Shown: positions 29,368 to 39,128, counted from the first letter of the stretch. The stretch: 64,000 nt of DNA from an uncultured Candidatus Saccharibacteria bacterium (GCA_964495685.1 CAZBVQ010000001.1:373568-437567); one strand, 5' to 3'. Notes: generated by a model from the sequence alone, not told the origin. Numbers and translations: made by a program.

Positions 29368-30123
29368 TTACTCAGTATCCAACCAGCCGCTGATGAGCTT
29401 TTTGGTGTCCTCGGGATTTTTGACTGAAATGCAGTCGACACCTGTTGCTTTGGCTGGATAGTCATTCCCGCCAGGAAATAACGTATCACCAACAAACACG
29501 ATGTCATCGGGGCTGAGGTGCAGAAACTCCTCGATTTTGCGGATACCATAGGCCTTGTTGACCCCCTTCTTGGTGATATCAATAGAAGTACTGCCTCCAA
29601 TACGTACATCAAATTCAGGGATCTTTGGCTGTAGGAATGACACAATGGCTGTACGCTTTTCACGTGTTGGGTCCCACGTAGCTTTTTCTTCGACGGGCGC
29701 CTGTTGTCCGAGCGCAGAAAAAGTTATTTGTGATCCTCGATCCTCAATAATGTGTCCATAGACACGAGCTGGTTCTATGTGTCCGGCCTGCTTGAGTGCC
29801 GCATTGAGCGCCATCATTACCTTTTCTTTTTCGCGAGGTGATAGGTGCTCGGCGTATTGTTCATTCCAGGTGCCTCGCCATGAATAAAGGCGCGTGCCAG
29901 ACGTTGGTAACAAAAATAAATTAGTAAAATTTTCGTCGCTCGGAAATGCACGTAAGACTTGAGTTTGAAACTGCGGATAGCCACCACCGGAAATGATCGC
30001 AACTTTTTTTCTTGTTATAAGCTTCTGCAAAAGTTGTTCCATCTCAGGATCGAGAGGGCACTTACTCTTGCCGAGCGTGCCGTCAAGATCGAACATAATG
30101 AGTTTTTTTGAATAGGCCACCAT
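29368..30123 (-). CDS. HAD-IIB hydrolase, phosphomannomutase-like
   Basis: FDLDGTL, IEDRGSQITFSALG, GGSTSIDI, GD...GGNDY. Confidence 0.85.
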   Translation of the reverse strand: MVAYSKKLIMFDLDGTLGKSKCPLDPEMEQLLQKLITRKKVAIISGGGYPQFQTQVLRAFPSDENFTNLFLLPTSGTRLYSWRGTWNEQYAEHLSPREKEKVMMALNAALKQAGHIEPARVYGHIIEDRGSQITFSALGQQAPVEEKATWDPTREKRTAIVSFLQPKIPEFDVRIGGSTSIDITKKGVNKAYGIRKIEEFLHLSPDDIVFVGDTLFPGGNDYPAKATGVDCISVKNPEDTKKLISGWLDTE

Positions 30124-30124
30124 G

Positions 30125-32041
30125 TTATATCTTGAGCATATCGAGGAGCATGGCTACTTTGAGGGTTGCCACTCCTACGACCAAGTCAGCACCTCCATAA
30201 TATATATAGACAGTTCCATTTCTGATCACCATACCACAAGGGAATACGACATTGGAGACAATACCGCTCAATTCGTATGGTGCCTCTGGTTCAAAGAAGG
30301 GTATTGCAGTACGGGCAAGCACAATAGTCGGATCGGTAAGATCGAGAAGTACAGCGCCTACGCGATATACAGAGCTCCATGAGACGCCATGGTAGAGCAT
30401 GAGCCAGCCGTGGGCAGTCCGTACGGGCGGAGTAGAAATGCCTACCTTCATGCCGTCCCACATACCTCGACGTGGTGACATTATCTCGATACAACGGGTG
30501 ACTTTTTCTTTTGAAAAATCCAAAGAATTGACGAAATCGGCGCAGATGCTTTCGTGGACACGATGGAGGACCATGTATTTGCCATCGATAGCTTCGGGGA
30601 CGATGGCGGCATCTTTGTTGTCTATGTTCATCGGCGTAATAATCTCAGGCTTGGTCCACGCACTCCATGTGCGCTTCAAGAAATCGTCGGTGCCGATAGA
30701 GGTGACCGCCACTCGCGGTAATCCACCGTCGTATGCTGTATAGGTCATGTATACACGAGTACCAATTAGCATGATACGAGGATCCTCGCAGCCACGTGAC
30801 TCGAAGCTGATGCGGGGGCTGTATATAGGTTTGTCTGAACGTTCGTCTATGGTAAATCCGTCACTCGTAGTGGCATACCCAATAGTTGATATGTTGTCGG
30901 CAGAAACGGCGCGATAGAGGATGTGTGTCTTGTTGCCCAGATCTATGGCGGCAGGATTGAGTGTACCTCGAGCTTCCCAGAGAACCCCTGGACGTGGAGC
31001 AATGATAGGATTGCCGGCAAATCGCTTCAAGGCAGTTTTGCCTGATGATGGTGCGAGCGACTCGAGGAGTGGCTCCATTGGAATAGTTGCTACTGAACAA
31101 TGGGAATCGGCTGCGCCATAATAAATCTCCAAATGCTCGCCTCGAATCAGTGCACCTGAAGGGAAGATGGTATGGGGAACTTGCCCCACGTGTTCGTAGA
31201 AGAAATCGGGGACCATGAAAGGACCTTTGGTGCTACCGATGACGTTGAGTGGATTTTTCTCATCGAGTAGGAGCAGCTCTATGCCGAATACATGATCAGG
31301 TTTGTCGTAACGTTGGATGTGAGAATACACGATCAGCCACCCTTTGTCTGTTTTGACCGGGACAGCACCAAGCTCAACATGGTCATCGCCGCGTCGGCGA
31401 ATGTTCAGTTTGTGCGCGTCGAGATTCTTGTACCATTCGTTCCAATAATCTGCGGACCAGATATCCTCGGGTGTATTGAATTCGATGTAACAAATATCGG
31501 AAGGTTTGCGGTCAGTGTTCACGGTGACCAGCGCAGCCAACTTGCCGTTTATTTTCTCAGGGAAAAGAGCCATAGCTTTGGCGTTGAACGGTGTCACCAA
31601 GTGCTTCTCGGTGATAGTTTTGAGATCAGTACTCAGGGCTACACAGACCTTGATATTATTGGCAGAAAAGGGGAAGCCGCCGAGGCCGGTATAGAAAATA
31701 TAGTAGGTTTTGCCGATCTTGGTGACACGCGGATCTTCACAGCCATAGCGATCGAAGTCTGCATCAGGTGAAATGAGTACGGAACGGTTCTCATAATCTA
31801 TGCCATCCTTGGAATCGGCTCGGGCAATCACGGACATACGGATATGGGGCTCCTTGAGAAGGTCTGGCTCGGACATGGCACGATATACCAGAGTCGTCCT
31901 GCGCCCCTGAATAATGGGGGATCCATTGAATGCAGCAGCCGCTTCCCATGGATGTTCGCGGAACGGGGAGAGGATAGGGTTATGTGGAGAACGGGTGACA
32001 GTGAACATGGTGTTGATTATATCATGCAGGAATCTGCTCAC
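30125..32041 (-). CDS. Tandem GH130-family glycoside phosphorylase/hydrolase (two beta-propeller domains)
   Basis: Two copies of FN/LNP, GCEDPR, VFP.G and YYG; start could be 32008. Confidence 0.85.
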   Translation of the reverse strand: MSRFLHDIINTMFTVTRSPHNPILSPFREHPWEAAAAFNGSPIIQGRRTTLVYRAMSEPDLLKEPHIRMSVIARADSKDGIDYENRSVLISPDADFDRYGCEDPRVTKIGKTYYIFYTGLGGFPFSANNIKVCVALSTDLKTITEKHLVTPFNAKAMALFPEKINGKLAALVTVNTDRKPSDICYIEFNTPEDIWSADYWNEWYKNLDAHKLNIRRRGDDHVELGAVPVKTDKGWLIVYSHIQRYDKPDHVFGIELLLLDEKNPLNVIGSTKGPFMVPDFFYEHVGQVPHTIFPSGALIRGEHLEIYYGAADSHCSVATIPMEPLLESLAPSSGKTALKRFAGNPIIAPRPGVLWEARGTLNPAAIDLGNKTHILYRAVSADNISTIGYATTSDGFTIDERSDKPIYSPRISFESRGCEDPRIMLIGTRVYMTYTAYDGGLPRVAVTSIGTDDFLKRTWSAWTKPEIITPMNIDNKDAAIVPEAIDGKYMVLHRVHESICADFVNSLDFSKEKVTRCIEIMSPRRGMWDGMKVGISTPPVRTAHGWLMLYHGVSWSSVYRVGAVLLDLTDPTIVLARTAIPFFEPEAPYELSGIVSNVVFPCGMVIRNGTVYIYYGGADLVVGVATLKVAMLLDMLKI

Positions 32042-33170
32042 GTATGTTGCCGTAGGTGGTCATCCACGTGAGAAGGTCGTTGAGTGGCGTTTCGGCAATG
32101 CAGGTATGTCTGTCGCCTCCGCCATAGTAGATGACGAGTCGTCCGTCGCGTATCAGGGCGCCTGAGGCATAGACTATGCCTGGTTTGCCATCATTCTCGT
32201 AACACATATCAGGAGAGAGGATCGGTTCTGGTGAACGATACAGAATCACGCTCGGGTCATTCGTGTCGAGAATCATAGCGCCGAGTTTGTATTTGCTCCA
32301 GTCCTTCTTGTCTATGGCGTGATAGAGCAGAAGCCAACCGATAGGTGTCTTGATCGGTGGAGGTCCAGCTCCACGTAGGGTGTTGTCCCAGAATTGATCA
32401 CGCCCGGGCTGAGGCCCTTGTGGACGTTCGCTTTGTATGTGACCGTCAAAGTGCTCAATATCATCAACATAATCGATCAAGATACGCGGAGCGATGCCGT
32501 GTAAGATAGCATATTTACCTTTTATTTTTTCTGGGAAAAGAACCCAGTTTTTGTGGACCTGACCAGGTGGTGAAATGAGGCGAGGTTTTTTCCAATTCCA
32601 GCGCTCCTTCTTCAAATCCTTGAGTGCAATCGAGGTAAGGGCGATGCGCACGGAACTCCAACCCTGGAAAGCGGTATAGGTCATATAAACACGGTCACCA
32701 ATTTTCACGGCACGTGGATCCTCATGCCCACCCCATCCACCGCCAGATGTGTAGATGGCAGGATTGTATGTCTTGAGTCGGTCTGATGCGGATAGGACTT
32801 TCTCTTCCGTGTGCGGTCGATATACAGGGAATGATGAACGTCGGTCAAAATTCTTGCCATCTTTGCTTGATGCGTGACCAATAGTAGAAAGTCCATCACT
32901 GCCGATGGCGCGATAGAGGAGATGGACGCGACCTTCGTCGTCTTGCACTGCTGCTGGATTGAAGGTACCGTTGGCTTCCCATTCCTGATGAGGACGAGGG
33001 GACATGACTGGATTTGCTCCATGTCTCTCTACACGGTGGCTCCTAGATTTCTTTTTGCCACTACGTTGTGTATGTTCCGAAATGAGATGCCATACAATAC
33101 CGATTGCAATGGCGAGTGCCAGAGCAAAAAGTCCTATGACGAGTGTTGAATAATCTGCTGTAACGTTCAT
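32022..33170 (-). CDS. GH130-family protein with N-terminal TM anchor
   Basis: TFNPAA, HEDPR, HKNWVLFP, YYGGGD. Confidence 0.85.
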   Translation of the reverse strand: MNVTADYSTLVIGLFALALAIAIGIVWHLISEHTQRSGKKKSRSHRVERHGANPVMSPRPHQEWEANGTFNPAAVQDDEGRVHLLYRAIGSDGLSTIGHASSKDGKNFDRRSSFPVYRPHTEEKVLSASDRLKTYNPAIYTSGGGWGGHEDPRAVKIGDRVYMTYTAFQGWSSVRIALTSIALKDLKKERWNWKKPRLISPPGQVHKNWVLFPEKIKGKYAILHGIAPRILIDYVDDIEHFDGHIQSERPQGPQPGRDQFWDNTLRGAGPPPIKTPIGWLLLYHAIDKKDWSKYKLGAMILDTNDPSVILYRSPEPILSPDMCYENDGKPGIVYASGALIRDGRLVIYYGGGDRHTCIAETPLNDLLTWMTTYGNIREQIPA

Positions 33171-33200
33171 CGAAATGCCTCACACATGTGGGGCTATATA

Positions 33201-33554
33201 TTATGCGATTCTGCCGTACTTATCTTCAAGTCGTGTTATATCTTTTTCATCAAACTCTCCGAATGATATTTCAAGCACGACCACGCTTGAAACGCCGGCT
33301 TGTATCCGGTGTACGGTATTATGTGGAATAAAATGATTTTGGCCTGCTTGTATAGGGAATGAGTCTGTTCCGATCGTAATAGTTCCTTCGCCAGATATCA
33401 CACGCCAAAATTCGTCACGTTTGTTGTGGGTTTGAAGACTAAATGCCTCACCAGACTTCACGGTTATAATCTTGACGGTCGAGAGAGTGTTCTTGGTAAA
33501 CTCAACAAACTCCCCCCAAGGTCGCTCTTCACGATATGGTTTAGGGGCTTGCAT
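33201..33554 (-). CDS. Mannose-6-phosphate isomerase type II C-terminal cupin
   Basis: RPWG, SLQTH..RDEFW, HRI, DITRLEDKYGR. Confidence 0.88.
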   Translation of the reverse strand: MQAPKPYREERPWGEFVEFTKNTLSTVKIITVKSGEAFSLQTHNKRDEFWRVISGEGTITIGTDSFPIQAGQNHFIPHNTVHRIQAGVSSVVVLEISFGEFDEKDITRLEDKYGRIA

Positions 33555-33664
33555 ATATTGTATATGGACATTGTACTATATTTGAACCTGTCATATTTGA
33601 GTCACATCTGTGCATAACTTTGAATGTACGCTCCGTAACCATTCCAGTGTACAATAAGGGCACT

Positions 33665-33787
33665 ATGGATACAGTAATTATAGTAATCATTGTTCTTGCA
33701 CTTCTTTTCTACTCGACTCGTCCCAAGCCCAAGAAGAAGGATGATAAGAAGGAAGGTGGGGAAGATAGGGGTGGGGCCAGGAAATAA
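33665..33787 (+). CDS. 40-aa small membrane protein (not in the ORF track)
   Basis: MDTVIIVIIVLALLFYSTRPKPKKKDDKKEGGEDRGGARK; TACAAT -10 upstream. Confidence 0.5.
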   Translation: MDTVIIVIIVLALLFYSTRPKPKKKDDKKEGGEDRGGARK

Positions 33788-33872
33788 CTTAGTAATAGGA
33801 GGATTCGCTTCTTATAAGCGACATCGACATGTTATACTCGGTGTACTTAGCCATAACTAATCATTTTAGATC

Positions 33873-34289
33873 ATGTTTTCAATAAGCATTCTCGGTGTCA
33901 TTGTCGCGGCAATCGCTTGTTTCGTTCTCGGTTTCCTTATTCATGGCCCCCTGTTCGGCAGATTGTGGATGAGACTTGCCGATATCCATCCGACAGGCAA
34001 CGAAAAATTCTCAGATATGTACGGTCAGATGTTCTGGAATTTCGTCAGTAACCTGATAAGTGCCTTGGTCCTCGCCGTCCTCGTCAATATTATCGCTGCA
34101 TCTACCGTGTTCTCGAGCAGTCTGACATGTGCAAGTCTCACGGGTGCGGTCATCTTGTGGTTGGTCATCACTTCAGGCTCATCTATGGAAGTCATTTGGA
34201 TGAAGAGGAAGATATCGCACTGGCTTTTCGAGGTGATTTCTTCGTTGGCCTGTTTCGTGGTCATGGGAATTATCATAGCGGCTATCTAA
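33873..34289 (+). CDS. DUF1761-like four-TM membrane protein
   Basis: F.LGFL.HGPLFGRLW motif; four TMs; adjacent to a VOC gene. Confidence 0.75.
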   Translation: MFSISILGVIVAAIACFVLGFLIHGPLFGRLWMRLADIHPTGNEKFSDMYGQMFWNFVSNLISALVLAVLVNIIAASTVFSSSLTCASLTGAVILWLVITSGSSMEVIWMKRKISHWLFEVISSLACFVVMGIIIAAI

Positions 34290-34304
34290 TCACTATCCAC
34301 TGAT

Positions 34305-34760
34305 ATGATTACGCAAAAAATAACTCCATTCTTGTGGTATCAAAAAGATGCGCTTGCTATCGGTCGCTACTATCAATCAGTATTTGGTTCCCAGAATGTA
34401 GAAATCGTTGGTGAAGATCAATTCAGTGATACGCCTTCTGGTACGGTGGAGGTCATGACACTCAAGATATTCGGTACGGAGTTTCGTATCATGACGGCGG
34501 GGGAGTACGAACCATTCAACGGCGCCATTTCATTCGAGGTGACCTGTGCTGATCAGAATGAAATCGATACGTATTGGAATGTGCTGACCAAAGAAGGTCG
34601 TGAGATGCAGTGCGGCTGGTGTGCAGACAAATATGGTGTGCGCTGGCAGATTGTGCCTGAGAATATGGGGCAGTATATTTCTACCAAGGCTGGCATGGAG
34701 GCCATGCTCACGATGAAGAAGCTGGTGATCAAGGACTTGAAAAAGGCGGCGGGGGTGTAG
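34305..34760 (+). CDS. VOC/PhnB-family protein
   Basis: KITPFLW, ISFEVTC.DQ.EID.YW, CGWCADKYGVRWQIVP. Confidence 0.9.
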   Translation: MITQKITPFLWYQKDALAIGRYYQSVFGSQNVEIVGEDQFSDTPSGTVEVMTLKIFGTEFRIMTAGEYEPFNGAISFEVTCADQNEIDTYWNVLTKEGREMQCGWCADKYGVRWQIVPENMGQYISTKAGMEAMLTMKKLVIKDLKKAAGV

Positions 34761-34765
34761 AGAAC

Positions 34766-35296
34766 TTATTTCAGCCAGTCTAGTTTGATAACTGAAGCAT
34801 TGGGGTAGGGAGGTAAATCATAAAAAAGCTCGGGATCCGTACCTTTTTTGATTGTTTCAATAATCCTTCCTACGCCAGCGTGTGCAACCATCAAAATGTT
34901 ACCTTCATAGGCATTCCATTGTTTCAAAAATGAATTAACTCTTTCATTGAAATATTTCGGGTCCTCTGCATTTTGGGCTCGGACTAACATCTTTGAAGAT
35001 ATTTCAAATGTTGGAGTGCCTGTGAGTGTTCCCATATCATACTCCGTAATTCGAGGGTCAATCGCTATTTCTTTGTCATACCCGATTATCTCAGCCACAA
35101 TTTTTGCGGTATCCAAAGCCCTGATGAGTGGAGAGCTAATAACCATAGTTATGACGAGACCCATCTCTTTAATTTTAAGTCCTTCAGCCTTGGCTTGCTC
35201 AATCCCTCTTTGAGTTAATGGGGAATTATCTTTTTGGCCAGCAAAAACGTGCTTTAGATTGGATTCACTTTCTCCGTGTCGTATAAAATAAATCAT
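34766..35296 (-). CDS. Histidine phosphatase family protein
   Basis: IRHGES, SSPLIRA, VAHAG; AT-richer than its neighbours. Confidence 0.88.
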   Translation of the reverse strand: MIYFIRHGESESNLKHVFAGQKDNSPLTQRGIEQAKAEGLKIKEMGLVITMVISSPLIRALDTAKIVAEIIGYDKEIAIDPRITEYDMGTLTGTPTFEISSKMLVRAQNAEDPKYFNERVNSFLKQWNAYEGNILMVAHAGVGRIIETIKKGTDPELFYDLPPYPNASVIKLDWLK

Positions 35297-35322
35297 GGGA
35301 TGAGTATAGCAAAAGTTCGATA

Positions 35323-35590
35323 TGCGCGGTATGTGAGGTCGCTTCGCTCCTTGTCGTAGCAGCGACTTCGGTTCGAGACTTATCTCCCGCACGAGAAATA
35401 AAAAGCGCCCAGAATTTGGGCGTTTTTTGTCTCGGCTCCGCGGCCAGGGATCGAAGCTTACAGCTTCAGTACAGGCTTCGTGTCTCGCTTCGTCCTACAC
35501 TTCGTTTCGGACTCGCTGCGACATACTCAGCCTTTTCGATCCCTGGCTCGCAAAGCGTGCAGACGCTTTGCTCGCGTCGCCTCAACAAAA
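35323..35590. repeat. Two fold-back elements containing tRNA 3'-end copies, facing a shared terminator
   Basis: GGTTCGAGACTTATCTCCCGCAC (+, ~35370-35392) and a copy of the tRNA-Asn 3' end (35424-35455) with an inverted copy (35535-35547); hairpin at 35400-35429. Confidence 0.65.
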
Positions 35591-35619
35591 AATACTTCCC
35601 GAAAGAAGTATTTTTGTCT

Positions 35620-35984
35620 TGGCTCCGCGGCCAGGGATCGAACCTGGGACATCCTCGTTACGTTTGGTCTCCTATTACTAGGGGTACGGACTATATCATC
35701 TCCAATGAAACTCGTGTCAAAGCTTCATTACGGAGTAAGGCGCTTCCCAGAGCATATTGCTCCAGTACTCCCACAAGGGGATAGTCTCTGAACCTTTCCC
35801 TCACATGGATTCTTGCTATGTCATCGGTGTACATAACAAAGATTCATGTGAGGGACTTGGCTGCTGATTGCCCACATTTGCATGTTGGGGTTTCCGGCAA
35901 TTCACCTTATTTTTCAGCCTAAGTTTCCTTAGGAAGCTGCTATTCTCTAACAGCGAGGCGCTCTACCGGCTGAGCTACCGCGGA
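35620..35984 (-). tRNA. tRNA-Asn(GTT) interrupted by a group I intron
   Basis: Exon 1 35984-35950 TCCGCGGTAGCTCAG...CCTCGCTGT; exon 2 35660-35620 TAACGAGG...GGTTCGATCC...CCGCGGAGCCA; spliced arm CCTCG-CTGTTAA-CGAGG. Confidence 0.93.
35661..35949 (-). ncRNA. Group I self-splicing intron (289 nt, no ORF)
   Basis: P1 GCTGTTA/TAGCAGC with U.G at the 5' splice site; core motifs AATCAGCAGC, TCAGAGACTA, GATATAGTCC; terminal G. Confidence 0.92.
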
Positions 35985-36089
35985 ATATGTTGTGTAAGAA
36001 CGTACGTAATTCCATGAAGAATTACGTCACAAAATGTATCATATCTCGCGCCGTAAATCAAAACCGAAGTGACAAATCTGTAGTATAGT

Positions 36090-36317
36090 ATGCTCATGCT
36101 TATAGGAATCCACATAACTCCAGACGCCAAAGAAGAAAGTATCGAGAAGGCGAGTGACACCAGGTATCTCATCTCTGTTCGCGAACCAGCCGAAGACAAT
36201 CGTGCCAACAAGCGTATGCTAGAAATTCTTGCAGAAATTTTCCCTGATAGCTACCCGCGCATCGTCAGTGGCCACCACGCGCCGAGCAAGATTATTTCCC
36301 TGGAAAAGAAAAGCTGA
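36090..36317 (+). CDS. DUF167/YggU-family protein
   Basis: P.AK, VREPAEDNRAN, IVSGH...K. Confidence 0.8.
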   Translation: MLMLIGIHITPDAKEESIEKASDTRYLISVREPAEDNRANKRMLEILAEIFPDSYPRIVSGHHAPSKIISLEKKS

Positions 36318-36329
36318 TATACTATCTGC

Positions 36330-36710
36330 ATGAATATCAATATCAAAGCCACCAATTTCTCGCTCACTGACGCTATCAATGACTACGTCGGCAAACGTCT
36401 CGACAAGATCGCCAAGATGGTCCAGGATGACCCGTCCGCCAAGTGTGATATCGAGCTCGGTCGCACCACCGCCCACCACAACAAGGGTGACATCTTTCGC
36501 GCGGAGATACACATTGTCGGTGCCTCAGGGCTCAATACCTATGCCGCCATCGAACGTGAGGACCTCTATGCTGCTGTCGACGAAGTCCGTGACGCGATCG
36601 TCCGTGATCTGACCTCCACTCGCAAGAAGCAGACTTCGCGTATTCGTCGAGGTGGTGCACGTATCAAACAGATCATCAAAGGTCTTTGGCCGGGCAAGAA
36701 CAATTATTAA
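36330..36710 (+). CDS. hpf: Ribosome hibernation factor (HPF/RaiA family)
   Basis: MNINIKATNFSLTDAI..YV..RL.KI, DLYAAVD. Confidence 0.9.
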   Translation: MNINIKATNFSLTDAINDYVGKRLDKIAKMVQDDPSAKCDIELGRTTAHHNKGDIFRAEIHIVGASGLNTYAAIEREDLYAAVDEVRDAIVRDLTSTRKKQTSRIRRGGARIKQIIKGLWPGKNNY

Positions 36711-36729
36711 CGCATCAGTATATATTCGT

Positions 36730-36918
36730 ATGGCAAAAAAGAAACCATCATTTTTTAGTATTGCGGAGCTCAAACAGCCCGTCAATCAATGGATTTGTAT
36801 CGCTTTCGTAGGAGTTCTCTGTTTTTGGGTTGTTCTCTATTATTTCACCGAGAAAACAAAAATCATCGCTGAAGGATACAGTTTATCCTCTGCGGCTAGT
36901 ATAGTCTCTGAATACTAG
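36730..36918 (+). CDS. Small membrane protein
   Basis: 62 aa with one TM; TATATT just upstream of ATG. Confidence 0.55.
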   Translation: MAKKKPSFFSIAELKQPVNQWICIAFVGVLCFWVVLYYFTEKTKIIAEGYSLSSAASIVSEY

Positions 36919-37766
36919 GATCTGGCGAGATAGCCACTCTGGAAATCAGCGTATGACATTTCTTTGCCACCTTCGGGGATGACCTTCTCGAGGGTGAGTT
37001 TGTCGTTCTTGAATGAGGCGGCAGTGACTTTGATTCGTAGAGGTGCGCCGTTCTTGCTGATCATGAAATACGCTTGTGGTCGTGTGTGGAAGGCCTGAAT
37101 CTTCCTGAAATTCGCATAGGCATCTCCAGTGAGGTCGATGAGGGCATCTTCTTTCTTGAATTTGGTGGTATAGGTTGCAACCGCATGATTCTGTTCCTCT
37201 GCAGTAATTGTGCCAGCCAACCATCCAGGGAGCACTGAAGCGGTCAATCGTGCACCTTCACGTGCCATGAATTCCTCGAAGTCGTCATAGGTGGGCCATT
37301 CATTCATGGTGATCTCTTTCTGGCCGACGATGGGACCATGATCCATCTCTTTGTCGATGCGCATGATGGAGACGCCGGTCTTTTTGTCATCATTGAGCAT
37401 GGCTGATTGGAGTGGGGAAGCGCCACGATATGTCGGGAGGAGTGAGGGGTGGATATTGAGTGTTTTGCCACGAGGAATTTCGATGAGCGACTCAGGCATG
37501 ATTTTGCCATACGAAGCGACGATGAATACGTCGGCGGGAACCTTCCTGATCTCTTCGATAGCAGCAGCATCGAGTTTGGCAGGACTGATGACAGGAATCT
37601 GGTGCGCGAGTGCCCAAGTCTTCACTACGTTGGGGGTGAGTACCAATTTCCTTCCTTGCGGCTTGTCGGGTGTCGTTACGATGAGGGCTGGAATGAGGCC
37701 GAGCTTCTCGAATTCATCGAGGACGACGGTAGACATGCGTGAGGAGCCGAAGAATGTGAAATTCAT
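36915..37766 (-). CDS. fmt: Methionyl-tRNA formyltransferase
   Basis: TPDKPQGR, NIHPSLLPTYRGASP, MDHGP; downstream of def. Confidence 0.95.
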   Translation of the reverse strand: MNFTFFGSSRMSTVVLDEFEKLGLIPALIVTTPDKPQGRKLVLTPNVVKTWALAHQIPVISPAKLDAAAIEEIRKVPADVFIVASYGKIMPESLIEIPRGKTLNIHPSLLPTYRGASPLQSAMLNDDKKTGVSIMRIDKEMDHGPIVGQKEITMNEWPTYDDFEEFMAREGARLTASVLPGWLAGTITAEEQNHAVATYTTKFKKEDALIDLTGDAYANFRKIQAFHTRPQAYFMISKNGAPLRIKVTAASFKNDKLTLEKVIPEGGKEMSYADFQSGYLARS

Positions 37767-37767
37767 A

Positions 37768-38298
37768 CTACTTTTTTTGCAGCTCCTTAATCTCCTCCTC
37801 ACTCATCTCCCAGACGTGCTCTGCCTTGTCGATGAAGAGTGTGCCATCCAGATGATCGGTCTCGTGCTGGAATATTTGTGCCAAGAGGCCGCTCGCTCCG
37901 CGTTCTACTTTTTCACCTTTTTCGTTGTAGGCGCGAATGGTGGCGCGGGTCGAACGTCTGACCTTGCCATAGAGCCAGCGTACTGAGAGACACCCTTCCT
38001 CCATTTCTTTCTTGTCGCGTGAGAGTTTGAGGATTTCCGGGTTGATGAATACCAGATTGCCACCTTCACCAGTGTATGTCTTGTCAGCTTGCTTGAGGAG
38101 GTCACCAGATACGACGAATATGCGGAGTGATACACCGATCTGGGGTGCAGCAATAGCGATGCCGTCTTTCTGGTCGGCCATGGCGGTGGACATGTCAGAA
38201 ATAACTTTGCGGATGGTTGCAGATCCGATATCGGCTACAGGCACGGTCTTGGCCTTGTCACGCAGTATGGGGTTGTCTCGTTGGACGATGTCTTTCAT
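37768..38298 (-). CDS. def: Peptide deformylase
   Basis: GIAIAAPQIG, EGCLS, QHETDHLDG. Confidence 0.96.
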   Translation of the reverse strand: MKDIVQRDNPILRDKAKTVPVADIGSATIRKVISDMSTAMADQKDGIAIAAPQIGVSLRIFVVSGDLLKQADKTYTGEGGNLVFINPEILKLSRDKKEMEEGCLSVRWLYGKVRRSTRATIRAYNEKGEKVERGASGLLAQIFQHETDHLDGTLFIDKAEHVWEMSEEEIKELQKK

Positions 38299-38459
38299 AG
38301 GGAAACTGTAACAGGGAAAGGGGAATTAGTAAAATGGTGTGTCACCGACTTCTTTACTTATATGTGTTTGTAGGATAAGGTTTTCTTCAGAAGTTGACTT
38401 GTTCAACTGGGCTACCACGTTGCCTCAAAACGTAATTATGGACTCTGACATACAATGCT

Positions 38460-39128
38460 ATGACACGAGATACAGATGGTTGGATAGGCCAATACAAACA
38501 AAAAGGTGCGCTTTGGATCCATGACGGAAACATGCGACGTCCTCACGCGCTTCTCACTTCAGGAAAACACTCAAGCGGCTTTTTTAATAGTCGCCTCGTG
38601 ATCCCCGACGAAGTCCTGCTGCGCGACGCCGCTGCTGACCTTCTCGCACTCTTTGCCCAACAAGGCGGTGATGTTTCGAAAGTTCAAGGTGTCGTCGGCC
38701 CGCAGACGGGAGCGACCAAACTCGCCGAACTGATCAGCGATCAGGTCATGGCTTTCAACAGAAGTGAATGCTTCTGGGCATCTCCTACCAAGAACGAACA
38801 GGAAGGTGCGAAGTCGATGGTTTTCAATGGTGAAGACCATTACCTTTTGAGGGGGAGTTATGTTCTTCTCTGCGAAGATGTCCTCACTACTGGCGGAAGT
38901 GTGGAACTCACAGCTGATGCTGTTGATTCTTGTGGTGGCGCTGCCATGCCGTTCATCCTCGTCCTCGTGAACCGCTCTGGTCTCACCGAAGCGGGCGGGA
39001 AGAAGATCGTCGCACTTATTGATCGTCCCATGCCAATGTGGACAGCCGAGGAATGCCCGCTCTGCAAAGAAGGCTCCGAAGCGATTCGTCCGAAAGATAA
39101 CTGGGCCGCACTGAACGCTGGTCAGTAG
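38460..39128 (+). CDS. Orotate phosphoribosyltransferase-like type I PRTase
   Basis: HALLTSGKHS, LLCEDVLTTGGS PRPP loop, C-terminal CPLC. Confidence 0.8.
   Translation: MTRDTDGWIGQYKQKGALWIHDGNMRRPHALLTSGKHSSGFFNSRLVIPDEVLLRDAAADLLALFAQQGGDVSKVQGVVGPQTGATKLAELISDQVMAFNRSECFWASPTKNEQEGAKSMVFNGEDHYLLRGSYVLLCEDVLTTGGSVELTADAVDSCGGAAMPFILVLVNRSGLTEAGGKKIVALIDRPMPMWTAEECPLCKEGSEAIRPKDNWAALNAGQ

Noticed and set aside
35416-35791. ORFs 35416-35784, 35427-35681 and 35480-35791
   Set aside because: They overlap the tRNA-Asn exon, the intron and the palindromic repeats; spurious.
37351-37986. 211-aa antisense ORF and similar shadow ORFs across core genes
   Set aside because: They lie opposite well-supported genes such as fmt and def and carry no recognisable motifs.
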